Source: Syncephalis fuscata S228 (lineage: Eukaryota > Fungi > Zoopagomycota). From it: 64,000 nt of DNA. The notes under the pieces were generated by a model. That model was not told where the DNA came from. It was given only the letters and a program-made list of their open reading frames with translations, and made no database searches. The stretch is from positions 372,001 to 436,000 of the forward strand of contig JAHLTZ010000014.1 in assembly GCA_025786725.1 (NCBI GenBank), given 5' to 3'. The position numbers and the translations under genes are program-made. Within the stretch, counting starts at the first letter, position 1. The number at the start of each line of letters is the position of its first letter. This document shows, piece after piece, positions 41,129-54,869 of this stretch.

Positions 41129-43344
41129 GATGATGTTGACTTGTTAAAACAAACAAATAAAAGGATAGTAGAGTGTGATAATGATATCGCAGTTGGTTGT
41201 GTATATTTTGTGGACTATTTAAACTTACGGCTATGCTTAGAAACTAGTATATTGTAGTATAAAAATATACCATTGGTGTGTAATATAAGCCAATAAAACA
41301 ATACAAATAATGGTCAGAGGTGCGCATGTGCCAATAGATTTATGGTGTGATCACATGCTTCCCAGGCTTGATTTCAACCTGCCCAGCCTTTACTTCAATG
41401 TGCTACGCATTTGCACACATAATGTAACAGCGCTAATAATTCTGTACATGTGTAATAAAAATAGGCATATTAGCTTGTATTTTCTATTATACGATCTAAA
41501 TATTTGGTGAAAATAGGTATATTATTTAGTTTTGTAAAAACAATAATGATGTTTTTGCCGTCACTTTCATTGAATGACTCGGGCCCCAATATCTGCATAC
41601 ATACAAATAGCGTACAATGTTGACGCGAAAACCAGTTTAATATATCAAACTGGTATTTTATACAGATTTTACTGCCATACATAAACCAGCTATAATTTCT
41701 TAAATTATAAAGTGTGTTGATTGGTACATGTATGCATTTTATTCAACATTATGCCCATTGTTATCGGGTAATCATTGCTTTGAATTCACAAATGTATCAC
41801 ATCCAAGCATATCATGCTACATGTTGTGCAACTGCCATCATTCAAATGGCGGCTAATCTAAATTACTTGAAATCGACTATACAATAAGTACTGTTTGTGG
41901 CATGATGCATCACAGCATTTTGAGCAATGGAACATTCCAACAAGTCATTTTTTACCAGCTTCAGCTGTAAACTAAATTGCATTGTCTAGATTCTATGCAA
42001 TACAATATGCAGACACTAGACTAAAAACAATAGAAAGCTTTAATCAATTACCAGTAATTTCGAGTGTATAATGGCTGTGGATCTTACATCAACCGGTAAT
42101 CACCTAAGGTTTAAGTTTTGTCCACATTTCTAAAACCACTTCTGACAAGTTAAGCAAGCTATAATGTAGAAAAACAATTAACAGCTCAAAGGCTTACTGA
42201 TTTAGCTTATAGTAAATCATTATCGTTATACCATGTTAGACTAAGTTTATTAACGATCTAACTATTGATGATGCAGCTAGAACGATAACGCTAAACGAAA
42301 GTAACGCATGAAAGCAAAAGCATTGTACATAGTGCTTAATAAAACTACAAATGCACACATGCTGTTATGCTTTGGATTATATAAAATGAGTACTTGAGGA
42401 GAGAGTGAATGAATGAGGAGAAATCAGACAATAGCGGATGATATTGTCAACAAATGTTTACTCGTGAGCTTGTTGACTATTTAAAATGAGGATTAATATA
42501 GTTATATATCATAAACAATGATTTCATGCTGTTTTAAGTTATTAAACAGGAGAAAAGGAAACATTTATCTATTATATTGAAATGTGTACTCGGAATCATT
42601 TATGTCAGCCGTTTGTTTTATAAAAGCATATACAGCTAAAGTAAATAGTAAAGTAGTATTAGCACTATTTTTAATTATAAAATATATAGTTTATATTATG
42701 TGTAAATGCGCAGTGATTCAATATCAAATATTATGCTAATCAGATATCAGTTTAACTGTTATAATGTCGGTCATTTGCTTAATTCACTTAACAATAAAAA
42801 TGGCAGGATGTTGTTACGGTATTAAATTACAGTATTATGACCACGTAATTATCTACGATGCGATTGATCCATGAAATCCATCATGTAATCAAACAACATG
42901 CTAATAATAATACGTGAATAGTCGCGACAACAATATATTAAATATTAGTACGAATAAGCATAAACAAATAGCTATACAAGGACATAGTAAATATTTGTTA
43001 TTTACTGACATATGAGCAACCATATGAACAAGGCTCAAGTTCTATTAACAATGATGTTTACTATAAAATACTAGCTTTATTGGAACTATAATAAACATAT
43101 TAACATATTTGGCTCTATATTATTTTCTCTACTTTAATTAAAAATGCTATTCGGCTATTAAAAACTTAACTGTGGTAATCAATAATTAAAAGAAAAATCA
43201 TTTATTGTTTATTTTATAATAGCATCAGGTTCATGTTATATTAATATAAGCAATTAATTAGTAGTCACTAGCGCTTAGGTGATAGAAGTAGGTGTATGCA
43301 AGACGGTAGCCATTAAGTTGCTAGTCGTTACAATGTGATTATCA

Positions 43345-44106
43345 TAATGATCCACGGTGTTATAAATGCTGAATCGTGGTACCATTGTAAGTTTATTTAT
43401 AGCTAGGGAGCTATTGTACTTTAAGTTTTAGCTTCAAACTAGGGGAACAAAAAAGCTCAACAATTCGAATAAGAAACTGTCAATCAGCTTTAATACTAAA
43501 ATTGTTATTTGTTAAAGCAGTGCTATGTCAACTCTGTTGATTTAATTGGAGATGAGCCAATCCACACTATTTTCAACATCCAATATGTGTTAATAAATGT
43601 TAAATGATATATAGTATGCATATATTAATGCAACAACACTAGTACAATCAAATAGAACACTTAACCAAACAATTACCAATATCATTGCTAAAATAACTAA
43701 CATAGCTGTAATCGTAGTGAATGTAACTCATTGTAACATGCTAATATTCGGTCGATATTTCTACACATAACAAACAACAACAATGGTCAGCCTCAAATGT
43801 TTCAAAGAAAGCAAATAGTATGTTTTATTTGTTCAATCTGCAGAGCAAAACCGTAATTAAATAGTATGTTACATCCTTTATTTAAATGTTTAAAATAGCA
43901 TCTATTAATACAATGTTCTGTTCCATTTAATTCTATTCTATGGAAATAATAATGCTATTATATTATACTACTATTCATTGTGAATAATGATTTAAACACA
44001 AATCAATTAATCGAAGCATCACAATGGATTGCGTAAAACGACTTATTGTGCTGAATGGAGGAAATCATACAAAACAGGTTTTACATAATGACGTATATCT
44101 ATCATC
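43345..44106. repeat. Right arm of 762-bp inverted repeat
   Basis: Reverse complement of 38598-39359. Confidence 0.95.
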
Positions 44107-44351
44107 ATGTGGATACATACTAATCGTCACATAATGCTTTAATTATATAACAAATTTTGTTTCGTTTTTATTATTGCTATTATTCATATTAGTTGCTATA
44201 GCCCAATCGTATTGTTTACAATTATAATTTATTTAGTTTTAAACACAATAAATAGTAGCACTTATATAACGCATGTTTAATTTTATACGAAAAATAAAAA
44301 GGTTTTATGCTAAAAGTTAACGGAGGAACATGCAAAACAGATGAAAAACTC

Positions 44352-45446
44352 TTAGAGCGTTGCCAGAATCGTTATTAGGCTAGCTAATACTGTAATGTAT
44401 GTGAATGACCCTACATTATAAGTAGCTTGGTTAGAAGATGTCGCCTGCGACACAGTATTTGAGGTAGTTGCGTTATTCTTGTCGTCGGATTTGTTGGCAA
44501 TAAATGTTTCGGGTAACGCAGCAGTAAACTGATTCTTGGCTAGTCCAGTAACGCTTGTAATCCAAGGTGTTAGAAAATCACCACGTGAATAATAGCCAAC
44601 GGAACCATCCACACCACAAATATTGGCATCAAGACCAAGAGCGTTGGCACCAAAGCTGGTGACGCCTACTTGTAGCCAGGACTGAGCAGCCACAGTGCCA
44701 GTAGTTCCTTCGGCACTTATCACCTCTAGCAATAATGGCCCTCCTGAATCGCCTCGGCAAGTATCACGTCCAACTGCATGGCCAACACACATCAGCTGGT
44801 TGCGATTCTTTTCATAGCTCGGGTGTGCCTTGCGGCAAACATCTTCCTTCACTATGGGAAGATCCACCCGTTGAAGATACGATGATTTTTGGTTGGCTTC
44901 GTTTCGGCCCCAGCCTACAACGGTAAATACTTGGCTATTTTTAAAGTAGTCATTAGCTACTGCCAGCTTTATAGGCTGCACGTCGTCATTAAAAACCAAC
45001 GGCTGAGCAAGCTCAATCAGGCCACCATCAAATAGTGTTCCAGTGTAGCTATATTTAGGATGGACAATAAGCTGTTTTGGAATAATTGGCGTAGCCGTCG
45101 TGTTAAGCGTACTTCCAAGATTTAGTGTTATACTAGAGAGGTTGTAGTAAACATTGGCACTTGCTCGAGACGATGCTGGCGCGTCTATTAGACAATGCGC
45201 TGCAGTCAAGATCCAGCGATCGCTGATAATAGTGCCGCCACATGAGCTGAAGGAGCGCAGATGAATATTAGCAGCAAATGGGAATTGAGTAATTTTGACA
45301 CCTGCACCGCCCACAATTTTAAGAAACGGTTTTGGTGCTACTGCGGTGACAGCAGTAGGAATGCCGACCCAAGATGTTGTTGTTACCACCAATAATAGCA
45401 ACAAAGTCTTTGCAAGCTGTTGTGTCGAGCTAAACATTGCCATCAT
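44352..45446 (-). CDS. Trypsin-like S1 protease with Ser/Thr stalk and hydrophobic (GPI-like) tail
   Basis: Signal peptide, K|IVGG, LTAAHC, DGGLIEL, RDTCRGDSGGP. Confidence 0.95.
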   Translation of the reverse strand: MMAMFSSTQQLAKTLLLLLVVTTTSWVGIPTAVTAVAPKPFLKIVGGAGVKITQFPFAANIHLRSFSSCGGTIISDRWILTAAHCLIDAPASSRASANVYYNLSSITLNLGSTLNTTATPIIPKQLIVHPKYSYTGTLFDGGLIELAQPLVFNDDVQPIKLAVANDYFKNSQVFTVVGWGRNEANQKSSYLQRVDLPIVKEDVCRKAHPSYEKNRNQLMCVGHAVGRDTCRGDSGGPLLLEVISAEGTTGTVAAQSWLQVGVTSFGANALGLDANICGVDGSVGYYSRGDFLTPWITSVTGLAKNQFTAALPETFIANKSDDKNNATTSNTVSQATSSNQATYNVGSFTYITVLASLITILATL

Positions 45447-47726
45447 TAATGAATGTAGATACTATGCCAGCGTGCTTAAAATTAGTCTGTTTTGACTATC
45501 AATGTGAATAAGCAAGCAGGTCTGGTAAAGTCTTAAAGTACAGTACTGTCAGCAATTTCTAAAATCAAAATAAAATTGTACAGAATAAGTTAGTATATAT
45601 TCTTATTTTCTGTAATAAACGTTGCCAACAATCGGCTTTAAATGCCAATATAAAAGTCTAGGCAAGCCTAGCCATTAATAATGCTTGGTGCACCATAAGA
45701 ACAGTGGAGTAAAAACATAGCAACATACCCAATTGGTCGTAAAGCGTTAGTTTGCCAGTGCAGATTTAGTTGTTTTCACCAAAAAATTGACCAGCAATAA
45801 AATGGATGTGTGATAAATTTGGAAAAGAATACGAATGTTGATATAATAGATGGATTTTACCATTTGTGACAAATAAGTAAAAAACAATGATATGCAGTGA
45901 TGGTTCACGACTATAGCATCAGATGACACTCAGGTTACATATTGTTTCAATATCTATTGAATAAGTGCTACACAGAATCCTCGAGTAGAGTCCTTACGTC
46001 GTGTACAGCCTTTACTGTGATGCTACGCGAGTACTTGTGCCAAACTCGCGTTTTAGAAGAAAAAGACGACAAAAGAAAGGGCAAACGGGATGTCATTACA
46101 AAACATGCGTATAACGCTCGTTTATAGCTGGCATACTTCGTTGTCAACTATTCATTATAGCTGAAACAAGAACAGAAATTCTCACAATAACGCTAGTTGG
46201 ATCGGTGTAGTGTTTACACAACCAGCATTGTTCTATTTGTACCAAAAACCTGTAGTATATAAATCATTGTTTGAAGCTAGACAAAGAAAAGTAGCTACAA
46301 TGGCGTGCTGCAGCTGGAAGAACCAACTCAGTTATGTAGCACTGTTAAAGTAGCACATGAATATAGTGTACGACGTCTTTCTCACCCGATGAAACACTGC
46401 ACACTTGCCAAAGCAACCTAAACATACCTTGTGAAATAGCTGATACTACCAAGTAAACGTGAATTAATAATTTAACATTAATTATATATCCTAGTTGGCC
46501 CCCACAAGTAATAAAAGGTATTAATAGTCAACAACGGTTGAGAAATATGTGTAGTAGACTAGTAGAGTTGGTCATAAACGTAAAAATAGCAAGCGCAATA
46601 GAGAGTAGAGCAGAGTAAGGAAGAGCAAGAAAAGGAGTTGTTTACTCTCAATATATTTTTTTTCTATAAAATTATCGGGTAATTTAAAGAACTTCTTAAT
46701 TTGGTCACGGAAATTGAATTTCCATAAAGTGTCTGTAAAAGCACATGTCATCGCCTTTTCTCAACGCCAATTCTAAAGTGGTCATTGCATTACACGCCCC
46801 ATGAATGGAAATTAAAGATTTTCTTGCATCAAAACGATAATTACCAGAGACTTTTATGGCCTTCACCATATGCAAATAGGCCACTGTTTTGGCCACAGCA
46901 CCGTTCTTTTTACTTCTCCGAAAGTCCGACAAGCCTGATTGAAACGACGTTTCAATGTTTATCACCAAGTATCAATGAGTGTACAAAAGCTACAACTGTG
47001 ATTTTAGTAGAAAGTTTAAAGAATAAAATGTATTTTTTACTATTACAAAAAAGAACAGTAGTGTGCTTAAAAAATAGACGATAGAAAATCATGAATAAGA
47101 TGGCAACGAAATTATTGATATACAAAACAAATTTAGTTCTATGTCCGCTAGATCGACGTTAGACATTCGCGACCATAAATTGGTTTGGCGTCGATCAGTA
47201 AGAGCATCACGGAGAATGTAAAACAAAAACTGTTCAAAAGGAGCAGTTACATAGTAACTAGTAAATTGGATTAGGGAGATATTTGTGTATTATTTGGCTA
47301 ATCACACACATACACACACATATTATTATTATTATTAATCAAATAATTTAATTAGTATAGAAATTACAAATATGTTTTTGTTTGGCTGCAATATACTATT
47401 TTTTATAAGCAATCATCTTAAATTTTCAAATCAACAAAAACAGTTGAATAAAACACATGGATTCGAAATAGGCAATAGTTTGCTTTATAATAAATATTGC
47501 AAATATTGCTGCAGCAAAGATGAATGGACAATTGCGCGGTGGTCACACATTGTAATCAATGATGCGTCAAAAACCATTTAACAAGCATAGAAAGTTGTAT
47601 GCCAATACCTTAAATAAACTCCTATTAAACAACGCAGCAATTAAAAAGTATTTGAGATGCAACCGAGATCAGCCATTATTGCAAAACTAATAATCCAACA
47701 TTGACCATTAGCAAGCCTCTTATTGT

Positions 47727-48804
47727 TTAATCAAATCCGGATACAATGGCCGTCAAGAGTGGAACAACAATTGCCGATCCAAACATCAGGCTAGTCATTG
47801 AAAATTGTTTCTGAGAAGGCGCTGAGCCTATAAGCATTTCCGTTGCATTGGCACCTGTAGTCTGGGTAATCCAGTCTGCATAGCGATATACATGCGTGTA
47901 AAAGCCAAGACCATTCTTGCTGCCACACTCGGTAGATAGTACATTATCTGTATTGAGGCCGAAACTAGTGACTGCAACAAGTACATGTTTGCCAGCGTTT
48001 GGATAGCCACTTGGAGTACCACGGACCAATGGGCCGCCTGAATCACCGTAGCATGTATCTTTACCGGGTGTATTACCAGTGCAGACTAGATCGGCATTCT
48101 GCCCTTTCCATTCGGGATAGCCTGCATAACACTTTGAGTCGGGCGCTGTTTCCAGATCCACACTCAGTAGTGTGTTTGACATCGTTTTATTCTGTGTATA
48201 GCCCCAACCAAGTGCAGTGACTTCTTGTCCAGAGCTTATACGGGATTTTGAAATGTGAATGGGCTGCACTGTACTATTGAAGGTAAGTACTGTGTCCAGC
48301 TCTATCAAAGCAATGTCGTTCTATCGTATTTGTTAATTAGCCCATTATGTTTTATTGTGTCTAAAGGTTGTTGATTTACAATGCAGCACTTACTGTATTA
48401 TTGACTGGATTATAAATGGGCGATACCAGGGTACGTTTAACAGCTATGGGATATTTAGTCGAATTCTGCACGCTGCCAACGCCCACAGTCATTGCTGTAA
48501 TAGGCGCCCGAGGAATCGCCTTTATCGAACCAACAGACGAATCAGGCTGTACCAGACAGTGTGCCGCCGTGACCAACCATGACGGCGTCAGAATGGCTGC
48601 ACCGCAGCTTATGTTACCGCTCACGTAGATCGAAGCCACAAACGGATATGACTCGGGTATAACAGTGCTGCCGCCATAGATGGCCGCTTTGGCTTCAAAT
48701 TGTTTTATACCACCAGATAGCTGAGGAGTCGAAAGCACTGAGGAGGGCCAAAGTGCCGCCAGCAGCACGAATGAAATCATGCCAACAAAAGATACAGACA
48801 TCAT
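47727..48804 (-). CDS. Trypsin-like S1 protease with hydrophobic tail; intron 48321-48393
   Basis: IYGG, VTAAHC, NDIALIEL across the intron, KDTCYGDSGGP; start could also be 48834. Confidence 0.93.
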
Positions 48805-50748
48805 ACGATGGTGGCCGCAATGTCTAGCTGTCATTGGATATGAAAACTGGCACAATGCCGAACCAGCAAGTTTCACTGTACGCTTTAAATGTATGCTTAC
48901 GAAAATAAAATATTGCAAAAATAGTCCTGCTAATACGGACTCGACTACTACACGGCCTGTATAAGAGGACCAAGGTGATGCCGAATAATAGGTGTATGTG
49001 AATTGGACTAAGTTCAATAGTTAGTATGCTAATATTAGAAAACGACTAGAAGAAATAGCTAATGATGAATAGGATAGTGTGTAGAAGCAGCTAATAGAAA
49101 TGAGATACAATGAAACACTGATGCAATAACCAAGGTCTATTTTTGTCATTGTAACGCTGCATGCACACACGTACACGCTCACTCGCACTCGCAATAAACG
49201 TTTTTAGCCAAGATTTTTAAAATCAGAGCAAAACTGAAAGTTACGCTGTAACAAGTGCACCCTTCAGACAGCAGTGTGACAAAGAAGGTTGCCTGTCCGA
49301 CTACTTTGATCAATGGCAAACACACTTGTCTGTCCGCAAACGGCGGCCAAAATGGAAACTGGCCACATTTGGCTTAACCAATTAGTATTTCACGCCATTA
49401 AAAGATAGTTCAAAAAATCGTCAGCTTTTGTTGAGATAGGTGAACTATGCAACCGCACACAAACATGTGTACACTGCTGATATCACTGCTATAATTACAA
49501 ATTCACAATGTACTATCCAAAAGCAAAAGGCTGCACACTATACTTACCGTGTGCACGATGAAGACAACACCGGTTTTTACGGGCAGCATCCAAAATGGGC
49601 TGATATCACAATTTTGTTGAAAAAAGCAAGACGCGCAAACGGTACGTCTGCTTAGTACAATCAATAAAAAGAGACAGAGTGCCAGGTAAACAAGCGCTTT
49701 GCTCTACGTCTAATTAACAGCACGGCCGATTGTGTTGCTGCGTTTAAAGTGCCGATTTAAATGTAAAAAAATGGATTAATAACTAAAATCTCAAAATGCC
49801 AATGACCAACGAATATAAGCGTTGTCAGTATAAACGGTCAGTACGGATATGCAAAACAAATAGCGGCCTAGAGTAACTGCGATGGTTCGCGAATAGCTGC
49901 AGAGTGTGTAGGCAAGCAAAGAATACACCGAAGAATAAGCCTGCACAACTAATGTTCGGCACGAGTGCACGGCCAAAATGACAAAATAGAGAATAATAAA
50001 CAGCTGTGCGGCAAGTATAGGACCGCTGTCGCAAGCAAATACGAATACTATAATAGGGAGAAGAATATATTGCGCGTAGGTGGGGAATGAGCGAAAGGGG
50101 TGATGGGAAGTGAAGCATTCAAAGTATAAGTATAAACGGCTTTTATTTTCCATATGGAGGTCAATGGATGGAAGCGACGTGCATATGGCTGTGCATTTCT
50201 CTTTACCATTTGTGCATTTTAAAGCACTGATAGCTCGAGTTTGCAACTGCTTATTTGTTCAGAAACAACTACCGCCAAAGTTATCGCATTTGTGTATGGT
50301 AGTGCGCCAAACCAATAAAACCAATAACTATTATGATTGGTTATTGGGATGAATGGGAAAGATTTTGGTCAGGTAAAATACTCAAGCTCCGATAGTTGCA
50401 TTTCTACAATATCTATGCTGATTAGTATTTAATACAGCTAACAAATGGTACTTGAACTTTATTGCTGCATTATTATCTATACTAACTAATATAAAACAAT
50501 AATCAGGGTTTGAAAGTTAATAACCATTTAGATGATCGGCAAGCACAGACGCTGATCAGTCGTACAGCTATCATTGTCGATAATTATTTTTGCCAACCTG
50601 TGAATCAAATATTAATAATTAATTTATAGTAATAACGATCATACTGACAAATCATGGAAAAGAATCGTTTATATTAAAGTACACAAATAGTATGCAGTAC
50701 CAATATTAATAGGTTCAAATCACATTATGGGTGATACGAATTATTTAT

Positions 50749-51310
50749 TAATTACGGAGTTACCTCCCTTTGAGTCCCTAGCTTCAAACTGGGACAAAAG
50801 GTCAATAACTTGAATGATAAATCGTCAATTAGTTTTTACTACCGAGAAGTGTTATTTGTTGAAGCGGTGCCACATCAACTCCGATTAATTCAATCAGTGT
50901 CAATTAATCTGCACAATTTCCAATATTGGATATCAGTGTTAATAAATGTTAAATGGTATTTCATGCTATTTACAATAAAATGTTATGATTTAATTATGAT
51001 GTTGCTGCACCAGTAGAAGATTAGAAAATAGAAGAGAGCATTCAGACGCAAGGAAACCACACTGTACGTAGTAACAACAATAACAACTGCGGAACGATAT
51101 GGAATTGCGATTACATGGCTTTTATTAATATTCAATCAAACTTTCTACGCATGGTCAACAACAACAATGATCGGCCTTGTGAATTGCAAAGTAATCAAAT
51201 AAAAACACTATACTTGTGTTTTGTTAACATAGCAGCATGACTTCAATTGGAACGGATTTTGCTTTGAAACTCAAAATATGGGAGTCAAAGTACAATAAAA
51301 CCAATTATTA
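50749..51310. mobile_element. Diverged MITE-like relic homologous to part of the 762-bp repeat
   Basis: Shares TAGCTTCAAACT, TGTTATTTGTT, GTGTTAATAAATGTTAAATG and AACAACAACAATG in order with 43400-43850; imperfect terminal inverted repeats. Confidence 0.55.
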
Positions 51311-51869
51311 GTCTGCATATGTTACCAGGAAACGCCTTAGATTGGATGATTTTTCTATGGCGTAGTTAATTACAACGTTATACTTGCATAGATACATGAA
51401 CCAAACTATGCTTATGTGTTTTAATCAGACAGAATAATCCCTAGTAACCATGCCTTACTATGTAGCATGCTATAAGAAAAGGAGAAGTTAGAAAAAAGGA
51501 GCAACCGAATGCTAATTATTTGTAATGTTTGCTTGAAAATTCAAAAGGAGAGTCCTGCTTTGTTGACATCATTATTATCCTATCAGCATTAAGAGCAGAT
51601 TTTACTGCATACCCAGTAAGCACCAGTAACTATTCGGATCTCTTCTATAACGGTTAAAACCTAATTTGTGAACGTACAAAAATAAGCCATTGTTTACCCA
51701 TAGGGACTGCTGCCCCCTTTTAAATTCTGCGTGCACTGATCGTTTGTATACCAACGGTGTCTGCGTATTACATGCTCAACGGTAGTCATACCCTTTAAAC
51801 AAGCCAGACATTTTTATTACTAAGCATTTGCTTTATTGGCATTCATACCAACTATAAGCTAGAATAGAA

Positions 51870-53151
51870 ATGAGAAATATAATCCTAGGCTCGGTGGCCA
51901 GCATTTTTGCTATATTGGCCAGTGCCCATATGACTGATGGTAAGTGGCCAGTCCTTTTGACTAAAATCGGCTGACAGCTAGTATATTTCGTAAGCTGCTC
52001 AATGTAGCTTTAGAGAAGGTCAAACCATATCGAATCAAGCGCAGCTTGACAGTCTAGCTGGATGCAGCGTGGTTCATGGCCCCATTACCATCTCTGGATA
52101 TAATGGCGAAACAGCTAGTTTTAACGATGTGCGCGCCATTGAAGGCAACTTAATTGTTGATAATAACTTTGGAATGCGCCGTCTCATCTTGCCAAATGTC
52201 AAGCAGATTACTGGTGATTTTACGCTGCGCAACAACACTCAGCTAAAAGACGTGGACACACCTAATCTAAAATCTGCTAGTCGCATTATCGCCGAGGTCA
52301 ATCCTGTTTTAACCAACTTGGGATTTCCCTCGGGATTGGCCTATGTCGACATGTTACGCATTGTCGACAGTATGATAAAACAAGTCAACGGGCTGGTAAT
52401 GGAACAAGCGGGAGAAATTGAATTTTCCGCCAACCGTTATTTGACCAACGTAAATCTGGACAACTTGAAAGGCATGAGTGGCCGGTTACTCATTACCGAT
52501 AATTCGAAAGATGCTAGCTTCCGGGCCAAAAAGTTAAATACCATTGCTGGCAATGTGACCATGACGCAGCTCCACGGTATAGATATGCCATCTCTAACAA
52601 CATTGGGCACTGGCTTTCATTTGCATCAAAATCTGATGCAAGAGGTAAAAATCGACAACCTAACTTCAGTCGCCCAATCGCTATCTATATACGCCAATGA
52701 AGCACTTGAATCTGCTTCTTTCCATTCGTTAGAAACCATTGGTGGTGCCTTACTTATCGCCGATAATCCTTCGTTAAAGACAGTGTCTGGATTCCCAAAT
52801 TTAAAGACAATTACCGGCTCACTCGAGGCAACGGGTGGTCCATTTAAAGAGCTACGCTTTGAAAACCTTCAAGATGTAGCCGGCGCCGTCAAGATTCAAT
52901 CGTCTGAAAAGGCCAATTGCCGCAACGGAGAATTAATTGGATTTTCGAAGCAAGTTGTGAAGGGTAAATTCGAGTGTAAGGCCAGTATGAAGTCGGCCAG
53001 CACAGGCGGCAATAACGGAAGACAACGAGGTATCGATTCCGATTCCGGAGCTGCATCTGGCTTACGCGATGCCGGTGCCGTAGGCGATATTGGTATCCTG
53101 ACAGTAGCTGCATTGGCTGCCGTTGCTTCTTACATGTTGGTGGCCGTATAA
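51870..53151 (+). CDS. ECM33/PST1/SPS2-family (receptor L-domain-like) GPI-anchored cell-surface protein; intron 51940-51994
   Basis: Signal exon MRNIILGSVASIFAILASA; repeated LxxIxGxLxI units; Ser/Gly linker and hydrophobic tail. Confidence 0.88.
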
Positions 53152-54113
53152 CCACACAGTTCAAAGAAATAAAGCTAATTCGCTTTTACAGAACTTTTTA
53201 AACTTTATTTGGTTTACATTATAACTACTTCCCATATTCAAAATATCACTAGAAACCAAATCAGTGTTATTCGCTACAATAAAAATGGAAAAACAGATAA
53301 TTCATATTACCGTATTTGGTAAGCATGATTTAAACGGAGTCTAAGCGTACTGTAAATAGCATATGAATAATGTTATTGATCAAATCAATGGATTAATCAT
53401 TTGCAGAAACGATGGTTGATGTGCAGTACATGTAAATGCAAAGTACATGATAAACGATACGAAATCGAAATACACCAAATGCTTCATTATTTCTGTACAA
53501 CGGCCAGTCAGTTTTTGTTTCGTATCTCATTGTGAAAATGATCAATCAAAGTCGTAAAATCCTTTGCTGCACTTGATATGACGTTATTCAAACCTTTGTT
53601 GTTTTTTTAACAATTTATTTGAATTTTTCATTGCTAATAAAAGTTGAATAGTTACGCATGTCGTTCCGTACTTTTTAAAAAGCTGTTTGTAATCATTAGC
53701 TACTGATCAATCATATCAAATACTAGTCCAATTTAAATATGTTTTGCTTTTAAAAACAAAACAACAGTATTCATGGAACAACTTGCAATGGTAGTTTGGG
53801 CACGGCATTAATTGTCTAGTTTTTTGGTGTAACCGTATTGCTAGTTAGCATAGGGTAGACGTATATTCGACAAACAACAAAGGCATTCGACAGCTGTCAT
53901 TGAGTTTGTTCACAAGTTTCATAAAATGCTTTGTTTTATTCGATTTTCAACTAATTATAGCACTGTACTACTATAAAAATTACATGAAATTATATCTATT
54001 CAGCTATGAAAAACTTGCTATAATATAAGGCTTATCTGTAAAATAGCGTAGACCAATCGTCAATTTCCGCACTTTCCTCTCAAGCCATTGTATTTTGTAT
54101 TTTTTTACTCACC

Positions 54114-54869
54114 ATGTTTCTTTCATTTAAAGTATTTATTTCATACCTGGCTATTGTAGGCGTAGTCATGGGGCAGACGTCAAATAACAATAGTACCATA
54201 CCCGGCACATCCAAGGTTTTGGATATTTCAGAAGAATGTCGAAAAGTATTGGCTGACAAAGAAGTAATCGCTGCGTGCGGTGGATCCTTAGTAGATGCTA
54301 AAGCGTCTGGTACAGTTAAATCTGTCTGTGATGCGCCTGTTGATGGCAAAGCCGGCCACTTTTGCACAAATGATCAGCTTATTAAAGTGCTTGAAACTAT
54401 GGAAAGCTCGTGTAAAGACGAGCTAGAAAAAAAACAGGAATCAGTCCGGGGTCGTTATTTAGCCTTTTTGCAATATCCTATAATAAGAGATTTTGCCTGT
54501 AAAAAAGATCCCGATGGAACATATTGTGTCGACAGAATGACTGATGAAGGCTCGATAACTGGATGCCAAACCTGTACACGCTTGCTTTCTATTGCACAAA
54601 TCAATTGGAATCCCATTCGATCAAACTCATTTGCCAAGGAAATTGTTGATGAAAAAGCAAAGATTGCTAAACAGCTTATTGAAAGATGCGATATGGTTAC
54701 TAACAACTCTTCATCTTCATCTAACAATTCTGACAATTCCTCGTCTTTATCTACAAATCCCAGCAATTCTTCATCTTCATTTACCGGATATAGCCATTAT
54801 ATCTTCAATGTTGCTACGATTGGCTCTACAGCGTTTGTTGTAATTGGCGCAATGGTACTTAGTCATTAG
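54114..54869 (+). CDS. Secreted 10-Cys GPI-type protein (family member 2)
   Basis: Same Cys spacing and SCKDELEK / HYIF..ATIGSTAFVV motifs as 4329-5054. Confidence 0.9.
   Translation: MFLSFKVFISYLAIVGVVMGQTSNNNSTIPGTSKVLDISEECRKVLADKEVIAACGGSLVDAKASGTVKSVCDAPVDGKAGHFCTNDQLIKVLETMESSCKDELEKKQESVRGRYLAFLQYPIIRDFACKKDPDGTYCVDRMTDEGSITGCQTCTRLLSIAQINWNPIRSNSFAKEIVDEKAKIAKQLIERCDMVTNNSSSSSNNSDNSSSLSTNPSNSSSSFTGYSHYIFNVATIGSTAFVVIGAMVLSH

Noticed and set aside
41900-42490. Possible fourth micro-exon copy or secreted-gene relic (shares TTTAAATAGTC)
   Set aside because: No matching leader exon or YAG-N3-GTAAG units found.
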